Positions 42,542 to 52,337 of a stretch of DNA of 64,000 bases are shown one piece after another. The stretch's first letter is position 1. Each line of letters begins with the position of its first letter. The position numbers and the translations under genes were made by a program. A model generated the notes under the pieces. The model made no database searches, was not told where the DNA came from, and saw only the letters and a program-made list of their open reading frames with translations. The DNA lies in the NCBI GenBank assembly GCA_008690995.1, contig VRMN01000001.1:1178001-1242000 (forward strand), read 5' to 3'. The DNA comes from Porphyridium purpureum. Taxonomy: Eukaryota.

Positions 42542-43459
42542 TCAGCGCGAGTTGAATGGCACCGCACGGAGCCGTCTGCGGAGCAACACGAGCACCGCCA
42601 GAAGAAGAACGGACAAGGTGGCGAGAATGCGGACGCGCGATCTGGCTGATGAGAAGCACCACAGCGTTCGTACGGATTTGGCTCTCGCGTTAAGAGCGGG
42701 CCAGAACGGCTGGCGCGAAAGCACGGCCACGACAGGTGCCAACAAGCATTGGATTCGCGAGGAAAGAGTGGAAGCACCGTCGGCCGAAGTCGCGAGCGAG
42801 GATGCACGAGTCGCCGTCGTATCAGGTGTCTCATGCTCGCGCAAACCGTATCGTTCTTCGGCGCGTTTCAAAGATAGTTCGAGGACATGTCTGCCGTGCT
42901 CGCCAAGAGGAAAATCAGGCCTGCTGAATTCCTCCATTAGAAAAGCCTTGCCCGATTTTCTTGTCAATAATTGGTTCCATTCGCTTGCTCCTGCTCGTTT
43001 CGCACGTTTCCCACTCGAGTCGCGAGCGTCCAACGGCACAAGCACGTCACACACGTACACTTGAACAAGGCGTTGGTATTGGATCGGCGTGAGGTCGATT
43101 TGTGCTGCGTGCGCGCGGTACTGATGAAACGCAGAGCAAGCCTCTTTAAGCTTGCCTTGCCTAGCAAACAGGCTCATGCAGGTGAGCAGCAGCTCATAGT
43201 TCATGGTTTTCATGAGGTCTCCCTCCCGTCCACGTTCGATGCCCATGCACACCGTTGCCTTGTCCAAGGCTTCTTCATGGCGGTTCAAGTTTACTAGTGC
43301 CTGCAGTTCAAGACTAATCGCAAAGGGATTAGGGTGCAGGGCCGCGACCGCGGTAGCCGCATCCGTCTCATCATCTGGCGCACGGCACTGCTCCAAAACG
43401 CGCTCAAACTCTGCAAGCGCGAAATATCGCCGCGCGTTACGAACGCGAAGTGTCTCCAT
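42542..43459 (-). CDS. Tail-anchored protein resembling peroxin PEX26/Pex15/APEM9
   Basis: Helical segments AEFERVLEQC, LELQALVNLNR.EEAL, LLLTCMSLFAR, YQRLVQVYVCDVLVPL, then a C-terminal TM followed by RRRLR. Confidence 0.6.
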   Translation of the reverse strand: METLRVRNARRYFALAEFERVLEQCRAPDDETDAATAVAALHPNPFAISLELQALVNLNRHEEALDKATVCMGIERGREGDLMKTMNYELLLTCMSLFARQGKLKEACSAFHQYRAHAAQIDLTPIQYQRLVQVYVCDVLVPLDARDSSGKRAKRAGASEWNQLLTRKSGKAFLMEEFSRPDFPLGEHGRHVLELSLKRAEERYGLREHETPDTTATRASSLATSADGASTLSSRIQCLLAPVVAVLSRQPFWPALNARAKSVRTLWCFSSARSRVRILATLSVLLLAVLVLLRRRLRAVPFNSR

Positions 43460-43759
43460 CAGCCAAGCCGAGCAGGACGTCCCATCAATATACACGTAGA
43501 CCTGCCGCTTCCTCCTACCGTGTAGCTTCGCGGACAAACACGTACACCATGCGCTTCCTCGGGAGCCGCGCGCCCCCAAAGGAGTTGACGTTGAACTGCC
43601 AACTTGCCGCTACTACTTTTGTAGACGAGTCGCAGGAAGATGCCAATGACCGTTCAAAGACCGCAGTCGAAGCCGGCAGCGGCAGGAGTGCGTCATAGCC
43701 TGCCGGAATTCAGTGAGGCTGCATTATTATCATTTTAATTTCTTGTTCTTTGCGATCCT

Positions 43760-46201
43760 CTAAAACGCGCGGAAGCCAGACTGGATTTCATTCCATTCAT
43801 GTCGCTCAAAGATTTCTTTGCTCGCCTTGGGCTTCTTGGATTTGACGCTCTGGTACGGCATGTCGGATCCCAACGACTTTGCGCCGAGCTGAAGCTTTCT
43901 CTGCCAGCGCTTGATGACCCATGTCGGAACATGGGCGATATCCATGTCTCTAAAAACGACGCGCAATTGACTTGCACCCAGCAGGGAGCCGCGGGTCGCC
44001 CTCTGCCCGATACTGAGTCGCAAAATATCTTCCAGCAAGCGCTGATTCGGCTTGATGCCGGAACTCTTCAGCCGCTCGTACACTGGCCATGCCCTCTTTG
44101 CGTCTGCGGCAGATAAGTACGCATGGATCAGCACAGAGTACGTGATAAGGTCCGGCCGAATCGAGCCACCAACACGCTCCATCTCATCAACCACACGCTC
44201 AGCGAGGTCAATCTCGTCACACCGAACGAGTGCGCTCACAAAGGCGTTCAGTGAAGTCAAATCCACGGGCCCTCGACTCGCTCTCAGCGCGGCAAACGAG
44301 CGTTTGACGCCCGATAGGTTCCGGGCTTTGCCATGGCCACTGAGAACTGTCGTCCACGTAATCGCGTCTGGCTTGATGTCCAGCTCAATCATTCTCTCCA
44401 AGAGCCGCTCGACGGCGTTCATATCGCCAACCTGTGCAAAGCCGTTCATGAGAGTGTTGAATTCAATGGCACCGGTTTCTGTGGGGAACTTGCGCACCAT
44501 TTCGAGCAAAAGTTCACTAGCGTCCCTTAAAGATGATTGCTGTCCAGTAAGAGTCAAACCGCGGATCATAGCGCGGTATGTTGTGGACAATGGATCGACA
44601 CCCAGACGCTTCATACCACGAAAGAAAAACCATGCTCTTCCCATATCCTCTTCTGCTAGCGCGGCAGTGATGATACTCGTGTGCGTCTCTGCAGATGGCC
44701 GACCGCCTTTGGCCTCAAACTCGTTCATCACTTCTATCGCCTCACTAAATCGACCTACTTGGGCCAGCCCGTTGATCACTGTGTTGTAGGCAATGAGATC
44801 GTCAATATCATTGCCATCAATACTCTTGATTGCGAAGACGAGCTTCTGTGCGCGCACCCATGCATTTCCGTTCACGCACGCAAGCAGCAAAGTGTTCCGA
44901 GTCACCTTCGACGGTTCCAGGCCTAGATCCAGCATTTCCTTGCGCAAAGCAAATGCTTCATCTACGAGTCCAAGCTCGGCCAGCCCTTTCATCACTGTAT
45001 TGTACGACCGAACATTTGGCTGGACTGACCACTCAGCGGGCATCGATGAAAGCAGCTTTTGCGCGCGCTTGACTTTCTTACACCTCACCAGCGCATCAAT
45101 CGCCGCGTTGAGGGCAACTTGATCTGGTTGCACACGCTGTGTATGCATACGCTGCAGCGTGCGTTCGACTCCTACGTCATTCCCGCTTCTTCCATACGCT
45201 TTGATGAGAGCCGCGTACGCGTACGGGCCTGCCTTGACACCATGACTCTCCATTTCCGAGATAATATCGCGGGCCAAGCCGACATTCCGCTGCTCTGCGG
45301 CTAAGTCTGCGGCCAAACAGCACATCTTCTCATCTGGCTCGCACGCAGCAAATCCGTTAGCCTTCTTCTCTCGAGCAATGGCCCACATACGTGTCAACAT
45401 AGCCGCGAGCTCCTCTGGACGACCCGCATCCCGCAGTGCACGAGCCACCAGAGCGTACGAGCTCAATCTCATTACCTTCACATGGCGCTCCATTACCTGC
45501 AGGGCACGGAGCGTGTTTTTCCACTCTACAACGTGGCGTGACAAATCATTCACAAAGCCGTGCATCTCGCCATAGGCAATGGGAAATCTTGGATTCGGCG
45601 CGTGAGCAACAACTGTACCTTCCGCGCTTCCTACGCTCCACGCGTCTGGCTCAGAGGTGTTCGCTTGCTGCAATGATAAAGTGTGTATCCGTGACAGCTC
45701 TTCCACGGCAGAGACTGCCAGTCCAAACTTGTGGTCCTTCCTAGCACCTTCAAAGATCTGAACGAGTTGCTCCTTTGACTGGAGCACACCTTTAGCATCA
45801 CGCATCACCAAAGGACAGTAGTCACCATCGTCTGACCCTGACCCTGACCCAAATCCCATTCGACCGGTCGAACCATTCGCGCTGTCGAGCCCGGTCACGG
45901 CGCGCACGGTTACATTCAATCCCGCCTCGCGGCCAAAGCCTGTCGTCCGTTTAGCTTCCTGCCCATCTATTCGTGAGGGCTCGAACCTCGCTCCCTCCTT
46001 ATCAAACGACGCACTACTAGACGCGACTGCAACGATAAACACGCAGGACGACGCGCACACGTTCCGTCGTCGAGCGCGCGTCGCGTTTGCCACATGCGCG
46101 CAGCGCGCATCACCACAGCGCACGCAACTGTGCACTGCGCACGGGCACGCGCACCATCTCGGCTTTGCAGTGTGCGCCACACCGACAAATCCGCAGCTCA
46201 T
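43760..46201 (-). CDS. P-class pentatricopeptide repeat protein, probably plastid-targeted
   Basis: Roughly 10-13 35-aa repeats (YAALIKAYGRSG, YNTVMKGLA, YNTVINGLAQVG, FNTLMNGFA, WTTVLSGHG, YSVLIHAY); MSCGFVG start. Confidence 0.92.
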   Translation of the reverse strand: MSCGFVGVAHTAKPRWCACPCAVHSCVRCGDARCAHVANATRARRRNVCASSCVFIVAVASSSASFDKEGARFEPSRIDGQEAKRTTGFGREAGLNVTVRAVTGLDSANGSTGRMGFGSGSGSDDGDYCPLVMRDAKGVLQSKEQLVQIFEGARKDHKFGLAVSAVEELSRIHTLSLQQANTSEPDAWSVGSAEGTVVAHAPNPRFPIAYGEMHGFVNDLSRHVVEWKNTLRALQVMERHVKVMRLSSYALVARALRDAGRPEELAAMLTRMWAIAREKKANGFAACEPDEKMCCLAADLAAEQRNVGLARDIISEMESHGVKAGPYAYAALIKAYGRSGNDVGVERTLQRMHTQRVQPDQVALNAAIDALVRCKKVKRAQKLLSSMPAEWSVQPNVRSYNTVMKGLAELGLVDEAFALRKEMLDLGLEPSKVTRNTLLLACVNGNAWVRAQKLVFAIKSIDGNDIDDLIAYNTVINGLAQVGRFSEAIEVMNEFEAKGGRPSAETHTSIITAALAEEDMGRAWFFFRGMKRLGVDPLSTTYRAMIRGLTLTGQQSSLRDASELLLEMVRKFPTETGAIEFNTLMNGFAQVGDMNAVERLLERMIELDIKPDAITWTTVLSGHGKARNLSGVKRSFAALRASRGPVDLTSLNAFVSALVRCDEIDLAERVVDEMERVGGSIRPDLITYSVLIHAYLSAADAKRAWPVYERLKSSGIKPNQRLLEDILRLSIGQRATRGSLLGASQLRVVFRDMDIAHVPTWVIKRWQRKLQLGAKSLGSDMPYQSVKSKKPKASKEIFERHEWNEIQSGFRAF

Positions 46202-46578
46202 CCTCCTTCGCACGCCACGCTCGCGACCGACACACGTTCCCACAAAGCCTGACTAGTACTTCTTGCCACTCCTGCTGCTGGTTCTTCTTTCCACAATGCC
46301 CGCTCAGTCCCAATCTCACACCAAACACCAACCCACCACACAACCGGACGGAATATCATAAAACGCCCCCATTTCACATGTAGAGGTGGAGGCTGTGGCC
46401 AGAACTGCCAATGTTTAACACTTACTTTAACGATATTATTATGATTAATTTAATTTGATGTTTATGCGACGAGTTGGGATTTTTTAACGAACGGTGGAGG
46501 CGCCGCCCGCGGAAGTGGTCGGGGTGCAGACGACGAGAACAGGGACAGAGCGAGAGAGGGTGAGTGAGCAGCGTAAGG

Positions 46579-48783
46579 ATGGAGGTGAGAGTGGGTCCGC
46601 AATGTCTGTGCACGCGCGCAGTGTACCGCATGCTGAACCTGACGGCGACACATTGCGCGCTGGTTCAGGAGAAGCAGGGCAGCGGTGACGGCGGCGCGGA
46701 GCGCGCGGGAAGGGTCGTGTGCTCGTATCCGTCGGGACAGAGCCTCACCGAGCCGCACGTCGCGACGTCGGCTGATAAAACGGCGCCGAAGAGCCGCATC
46801 GACATGTCAGACGCCGCGGCGGCGATGATGCTGTGGCACGGAGGACGGATGCCTGGCTGTAAGCTGCTCGACGCGTCGCAGATGATTTTGTGCGCCGAAT
46901 GGATGAACACGATCGCGCGCCTGCCTGCCGAGGAGCTGTTGAAAACCGTAAATTTGCATCTCGTGCTTCGCACTTTCGTCCTGGGCGAGATGTTTTCAGT
47001 CGCAGACGTGGCGATCTGGGCGCACTTTGTGCAGAATCCGCGCGCAGCAGATGCGCTGCGACTTTGCTTGGAGGAAAGAAATCCAGCAACGCGCTTCTTC
47101 CGGCGCTGGTGGAAGTATTTGACATCTCTAGACGTGCTCAAGGTTGCCCAGCAGGCCGCACAGAGCACCGTAACGGGTGACTGGGACGAGGTGATGCGAT
47201 TGGCCAAGTCCGCCGGCTCTTTTGATCTCGATTTCCCGGGCCTGGAGCCCGGCAAGGTTGTCACGCGCTTTCCGCCAGAGCCGTCCGGCTACTTGCATAT
47301 TGGGCATGCCAAGGCCGCGCTCATGAATGACTTTCTTGCTCGCTATTATGGGGGCAAGTTGATCATCCGCTTCGACGACACGAATCCAATGAAGGAAAAG
47401 CTGGAGTACGAGCAGAGCATCCTTGAAGATTTGGGGCGGCTGGGAGTACGACCTGATGTTATGGAATATACAAGCGACTACTTTGAGACTTTGCTGGAGT
47501 TTGCCAAGCGCTTCATTCTGGAGGGCAAGGCATACGTAGACATGACACCCGTCGAGCAGGTGCGCGAAATGCGCATGAAGCGTGAAGAGAGCGAGTTTCG
47601 CTCGCAGTCTGTCGAAAAAAACTTAGAGCTCTGGGATGAGATGCTGAGCGCGACAGAGACTGGCCAAAAATGTGTGCTACGCGCGAAAATCGACATGAAA
47701 AACAACAATGGTGCCATGCGAGATCCAATTTTGTACCGTTTCGTGCTCGATCCACCGCATCACCGCACAGGCACCAAGTACAAGATGTACCCGAGTTATG
47801 ATTTTTCCTGTCCGATCGTAGACTCTTTGGAGGGTGTGACGCATGCTCTGCGTTCGGCAGAATACTCAGATCGCGAGGAGCAGTATTATTGGATGGCAAA
47901 AGCGGCCGGTTTGCGGGTGCCGCACATGTGGGACTTTGCGCGCTTGAACTTCCAATACACGGTCATGTCAAAGCGCAAACTTTTGTGGTTTGTAACGCAG
48001 GGTTACGTGGAGGGTTGGAATGATCCACGGTTCCCCACAGTTCAAGGCATTCGGCGCCGTGGCTTGACCGTCACGGCTTTGCGTGCCTTTATCCTTTCGC
48101 AAGGCGCAAGCAAGGCCAGTAGCTTGATGGAGTGGGACAAGATCTGGGCCATCAACAAGAAAGTTATCGATCCGATTGCGCCCCGCCACACGGCCATTGA
48201 CGCTGCGAACCACGTGCGCGCCGTGGTGCAAAATTTTGGTGATGCAGAAGAGGTGGTAAGCGCGCCAAAGCACAAGAAGAACCCCGACGTCGGCATGAAG
48301 CTTGTGATTCGCAGCAAGGCCTTGATTCTGGAAAAGGAGGATGCGGCCTCGGTCAAAGTTGGCGAGATCGTGACCCTGATGGATTGGGGGAATATGCGTG
48401 TGGAGCACGTGGACGAAGCAGACGGTTCCTTGAAACTGGAATTTCTGCCTGATAACGCGGACTTTAAAAAGACCAAGAAATTCACGTGGCTTTCGGCCCA
48501 TCGTCCGAACGAGCTGGTGCCCGTGCTTCTGGTCAAGTTCGACCACCTTGTAACTAAGGCCAAAATCGAGGAGGAAGACGATATCGAAAAGATTCGTAAC
48601 CCTAACTCACGTGTAGAGACGCCGGCGCTAGCGGACGTCAATGTCAGAGGGCTGCAGAAGGGCGACATCATCCAAATGGAGCGGCGCGGCTTCTTTATTT
48701 GCGACTCGGTTCCCTTTTCGGATGCTGCCAAGGAACGCATGATAACTCTGTTTGAGATTCCCGACGGCCGGGGTGCACGGTAG
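46579..48783 (+). CDS. Cytosolic glutamyl-tRNA synthetase with N-terminal GST-like domain
   Basis: TRFPPEPSGYLHIGH, RFDDTNP, VMSKRKL, GWNDPRFPTV, QMERRGFF. Standalone, with no ProRS fusion. Confidence 0.95.
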   Translation: MEVRVGPQCLCTRAVYRMLNLTATHCALVQEKQGSGDGGAERAGRVVCSYPSGQSLTEPHVATSADKTAPKSRIDMSDAAAAMMLWHGGRMPGCKLLDASQMILCAEWMNTIARLPAEELLKTVNLHLVLRTFVLGEMFSVADVAIWAHFVQNPRAADALRLCLEERNPATRFFRRWWKYLTSLDVLKVAQQAAQSTVTGDWDEVMRLAKSAGSFDLDFPGLEPGKVVTRFPPEPSGYLHIGHAKAALMNDFLARYYGGKLIIRFDDTNPMKEKLEYEQSILEDLGRLGVRPDVMEYTSDYFETLLEFAKRFILEGKAYVDMTPVEQVREMRMKREESEFRSQSVEKNLELWDEMLSATETGQKCVLRAKIDMKNNNGAMRDPILYRFVLDPPHHRTGTKYKMYPSYDFSCPIVDSLEGVTHALRSAEYSDREEQYYWMAKAAGLRVPHMWDFARLNFQYTVMSKRKLLWFVTQGYVEGWNDPRFPTVQGIRRRGLTVTALRAFILSQGASKASSLMEWDKIWAINKKVIDPIAPRHTAIDAANHVRAVVQNFGDAEEVVSAPKHKKNPDVGMKLVIRSKALILEKEDAASVKVGEIVTLMDWGNMRVEHVDEADGSLKLEFLPDNADFKKTKKFTWLSAHRPNELVPVLLVKFDHLVTKAKIEEEDDIEKIRNPNSRVETPALADVNVRGLQKGDIIQMERRGFFICDSVPFSDAAKERMITLFEIPDGRGAR

Positions 48784-48821
48784 ATCGACCGCTCCTGGAT
48801 CAGTCGACGGGGTCAAAATGA

Positions 48822-49556
48822 TCACCGCAGCCCATGTGCTTTCTGGTAGTACAATATCCAGTTGACCACGGTTGCCCGTCGCGTACGATTTGGAGTAAGC
48901 TCATCGATTTTAAAGCCTTTAAAGCCCAGGTCCTCCTTCAGCAGAGCCTTATATTCCTTTGGAATGGAGCGCGTCAGCTTCTGAACAGCCTTCTTAATGG
49001 GCTTATCCACTTCTGGCTCGTAGCAATCTGGCCGGCCGATAAAGTCTGGTAAGGGCGCGCCTGCAACCTCGGGGGACCACTCTTCCGGCACATGCTCCGT
49101 GGCCACCCAGCGTGGCGCGTCCTCGTCGGCGCTCACGGCTTGCCCGTCGGCGGGCGGCACGAATCCAAGCAAGGTCCACATGATCTCATTCACCCATTCA
49201 TCGGGTGTTTGCTGCTTGCAAATCTCCAGCAAGGTCCGATCGTCAATGCGCAGCGGCGGGTCGTACACGACACCCGGAAGACCAGGCACTTGGCGGCACG
49301 TTTCCTGCTTCCTCTCCCACAAACCTTTCCAGCCGCTTTGCACCGTCGGCATCAGTGGTAGCGTCCATTCCGAGTCCTTAAACACTGCATCATCGCTCAT
49401 CCGCAATACTGAGCGGTGCGCATCCCTCCGCGCGATCGTCCGTGCTCCTGCCATGCCTACCCGCCACCGAGCCCCCGACAAGCGCGACACGAGCGGCGCA
49501 TGTAGAACTTTCGCCACAGCCCGATCGCTGTAGGCCGGCACGTGAAATCCAATCAT
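48822..49556 (-). CDS. Plastid-targeted DUF1823-family protein (cyanobacterial origin)
   Basis: KLTRSIPKEYKALLKEDLGFKGFKIDELTPNRTRRATVVNWIL; probable start MIGFHV. Confidence 0.8.
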   Translation of the reverse strand: MIGFHVPAYSDRAVAKVLHAPLVSRLSGARWRVGMAGARTIARRDAHRSVLRMSDDAVFKDSEWTLPLMPTVQSGWKGLWERKQETCRQVPGLPGVVYDPPLRIDDRTLLEICKQQTPDEWVNEIMWTLLGFVPPADGQAVSADEDAPRWVATEHVPEEWSPEVAGAPLPDFIGRPDCYEPEVDKPIKKAVQKLTRSIPKEYKALLKEDLGFKGFKIDELTPNRTRRATVVNWILYYQKAHGLR

Positions 49557-50046
49557 GCTTCTGCTGCTGCTATTGCTGCTATTGCTACACCTACAGTTCC
49601 TGCTGTTATTGCTGCTGCTGCTGTCCGCACCGCCGTCGATACTCGTAAGGCCTTTCTGCCTTGTTCTTCTCTTCCATTCCATTCCCACGCTGGTCGCTTG
49701 CACGTCGTCCATTCAAGTGCAACATTCGTCGAAACGTTGCGCTTGAGGCATCGGAAGTTGCTAATAAAAGCATATCATTTTAATATGAGAAAATTTTCCC
49801 AGATTTTTTTCGCGGCAAGTCAATGTGGCATGTGACAAACATTTGCGGGAGACACGGAGAGAATGAAAGGAGGAGAGGCAGGATTTGGGCTCGTGAGTAT
49901 AAGTGCGCGCGCAGCACTTTGCGCATTCGAGTCGACGCACGAACGGATAACGTACTGGCGGGCTGACTTGTCGCTTGGTGGATAGTTTTGTTCCTGTCGC
50001 ATTGGTTTTTCTCGAGCAGACATAGGTTCAGGAAAGCTTGTTCGCG

Positions 50047-50970
50047 ATGTCGGTGGTTGCGAGGCATGGAATGATGTGCCTACGCGCATGGACCGGCGTG
50101 GTCCACGGTAGTTCCGCATCTGTGGGACCGGTGTTCATGCACGCGGGTAGGGCGCTGGCAAGTGCGGTCATGAGACGATATGCAGGTGCGCCAGGTGCGC
50201 ACGCGCGGAACTGGGCGTCGGTTTCGACTTCCGCGACAGACGACGCGCCGCCTCCGCCTGATGACGAAGGCGTGGTCGTCATGGGTACAACGCCGTGCCC
50301 ATACGTGCACCGTGTGGAAATGGCGCTCAAGTATGCGGGAGTGCCATACGCGTACAGGGAGTTTGATTTGGGGTCGCTCAAGGACCGCTCCTCTTTGCGA
50401 GAAATGTCTCCTCTCGCCAAAGTTCCCATCATAACACACTATACGCATGGACGAAGGAAGTCTGTTTTTGAGAGCGCGTCCATCGTGCAGTATATTGATG
50501 ATGTCTTTGTCGCAGATCCGGAGAAACGCCTTATGCGAGGAAGTCCATACGAGAAGGCCATTACACGCAGCTGGACGCATTTCGTAAATCACCGCGTCGC
50601 ACCACAAATGTGGAACGTGTTGCTCAGCCAAACGGACACTGCCCTCGAGAAAAACAGTACGGAGCTCTTGCGCTCGCTCGAGTCTTTGGAAAACGCCCTT
50701 CCGCTAATAAGTGGCGGGCCTTTCTTCTTGGGCACGCGGGTTTCTTTCTTTGACCTCATGATTGCGCCGTTCCTGTATCGCCGCGTCCTCCTGAGTCACT
50801 TCCGGGGCCGCGAAATGTTTCCACCAGGCGCCGAGCACTTGCAGGCTCTCGCGCTAGCCATGGAAGAGCTCAATATTTTCCAGTCAACAGTGGTCGACCA
50901 GCAAGTGATCATCGACGCATACAAACCATACCTGTCAGGTTCGATGCATCTCAAGTTTGGGTGGCATTAG
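50047..50970 (+). CDS. Glutathione S-transferase (Cys-type, omega/lambda-like) with organellar N-terminal extension
   Basis: CPYVHRV, KVP, FESASIVQYIDD, GPFFLG..SFFD. Confidence 0.88.
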   Translation: MSVVARHGMMCLRAWTGVVHGSSASVGPVFMHAGRALASAVMRRYAGAPGAHARNWASVSTSATDDAPPPPDDEGVVVMGTTPCPYVHRVEMALKYAGVPYAYREFDLGSLKDRSSLREMSPLAKVPIITHYTHGRRKSVFESASIVQYIDDVFVADPEKRLMRGSPYEKAITRSWTHFVNHRVAPQMWNVLLSQTDTALEKNSTELLRSLESLENALPLISGGPFFLGTRVSFFDLMIAPFLYRRVLLSHFRGREMFPPGAEHLQALALAMEELNIFQSTVVDQQVIIDAYKPYLSGSMHLKFGWH

Positions 50971-51157
50971 GGTTGTTGCACGCGGACTCATACCAAAGCC
51001 TAAGCACGTCTTCTATTTCTTTGAGCGTTTGATAATTAGGCTTCTCTGCCTCTGGCTATAGGGCTTCATCCCTATCATTTACTTCCGACCTATATGTCGT
51101 CCCTATTCTTTTAATAAAGGCACGTCGTGACTAGTTCTGTAGCTCTTGTCCAAGGCT

Positions 51158-52141
51158 CTACAACACGCCCTTAAAGACGAGGTCCCCAGGTCCCGTCATG
51201 TATACACGGTTGTTATCCTCCCTCCATTCAATGAGAAGCGGACCGCCTGGCAGCACGACTTCACACTTTCGCTGCGCAACACCTGCCAAAACTGCCGCGA
51301 CAACAACTGCACAAGCGCCCGTTCCACAGGCGAGCGTGCGCCCGGCGCCACGCTCCCATACGAGCATGTGAAGCTTGTCATCGCGCTCCTTGTAAATAAA
51401 CTCTGTGTTGACGCGTTTAGGAAATGCGGGATGGTTCTCCCATTTCGGGCCTATGGCCTCGAGGCTCGCGTCTAATGCCTCAAATTCCTCCTTGGACACA
51501 AACGTGATGCAATGTGGGTTGCCCATCGAAACGGCAAGGACCTCATACATTCTGCCATCAACGACGAGACTGCGCACGTGAGAACTGCTTGCACCCGGTG
51601 CTTGGTCCGGAAGCACGGCGGGCACTTTTGCCAGTTCTAGCTCCGGCTCGCCCATGTCCACGCACACAGATCCATCTGGCGTAAGCCGCGGCGTAATGAC
51701 ACCGGCAAGCGTTGCAACCTTGTACGTATCCTTCGCGTTTTCGTCGAGCTCCGCTGCAAACTTTGCCAGGCAGCGAATTCCATTGCCGCACATCTCTGGC
51801 TCTGAGCCGTCCGAGTTGTAGATGCGCATGGTGCAGTCGACTTGATCGGATGTCGGCGGGAGCAGGAAGATCACGCCGTCTCCACCGACACCAAAGTGAC
51901 GATCGCAGAGCTTTTCCGACTGTTCTGGCGTCAGCAGTGGAGTTTCTGTGGTGCGGTTATCGATCAGAATAAAGTCGTTGCCGAGCCCTTGGTACTTGGC
52001 AAACTTTAGTCCAACCGGAACCTTCCCCGCCGCGGCGCTCATTTCCAGCCGGCTCGGGCGGACGCACACCGCCGATCTCGTGCAATGCTTTCGAGTAAGC
52101 AAGTGCGCTCGATTGCCACAGCCTGTGCTCACGAACGCCAT
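51158..52141 (-). CDS. dapF: Diaminopimelate epimerase, plastid-targeted
   Basis: KYQGLGNDF, NSDGSEPEMCGNG, SMGNPH, ERGAGRTLACGTGA, MTGP; MAFVS start. Confidence 0.96.
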   Translation of the reverse strand: MAFVSTGCGNRAHLLTRKHCTRSAVCVRPSRLEMSAAAGKVPVGLKFAKYQGLGNDFILIDNRTTETPLLTPEQSEKLCDRHFGVGGDGVIFLLPPTSDQVDCTMRIYNSDGSEPEMCGNGIRCLAKFAAELDENAKDTYKVATLAGVITPRLTPDGSVCVDMGEPELELAKVPAVLPDQAPGASSSHVRSLVVDGRMYEVLAVSMGNPHCITFVSKEEFEALDASLEAIGPKWENHPAFPKRVNTEFIYKERDDKLHMLVWERGAGRTLACGTGACAVVVAAVLAGVAQRKCEVVLPGGPLLIEWREDNNRVYMTGPGDLVFKGVL

Positions 52142-52337
52142 GGCAAACGCCGATCAACCGCCAAACCCACGGACACGCACACCGACGCACAGAGTCACGA
52201 GCGGCACCGCAAGCGAGCTCAATTTCTTGGACGTGACCGAGTGGAATTTCTCGCGTAATTTTTTTTTTTTTTTTAATTTTCATTTCAAGTAAACATGGGG
52301 GCACTAGGAGCCGATTGATTTTGCTCTGTCGGTGCTC

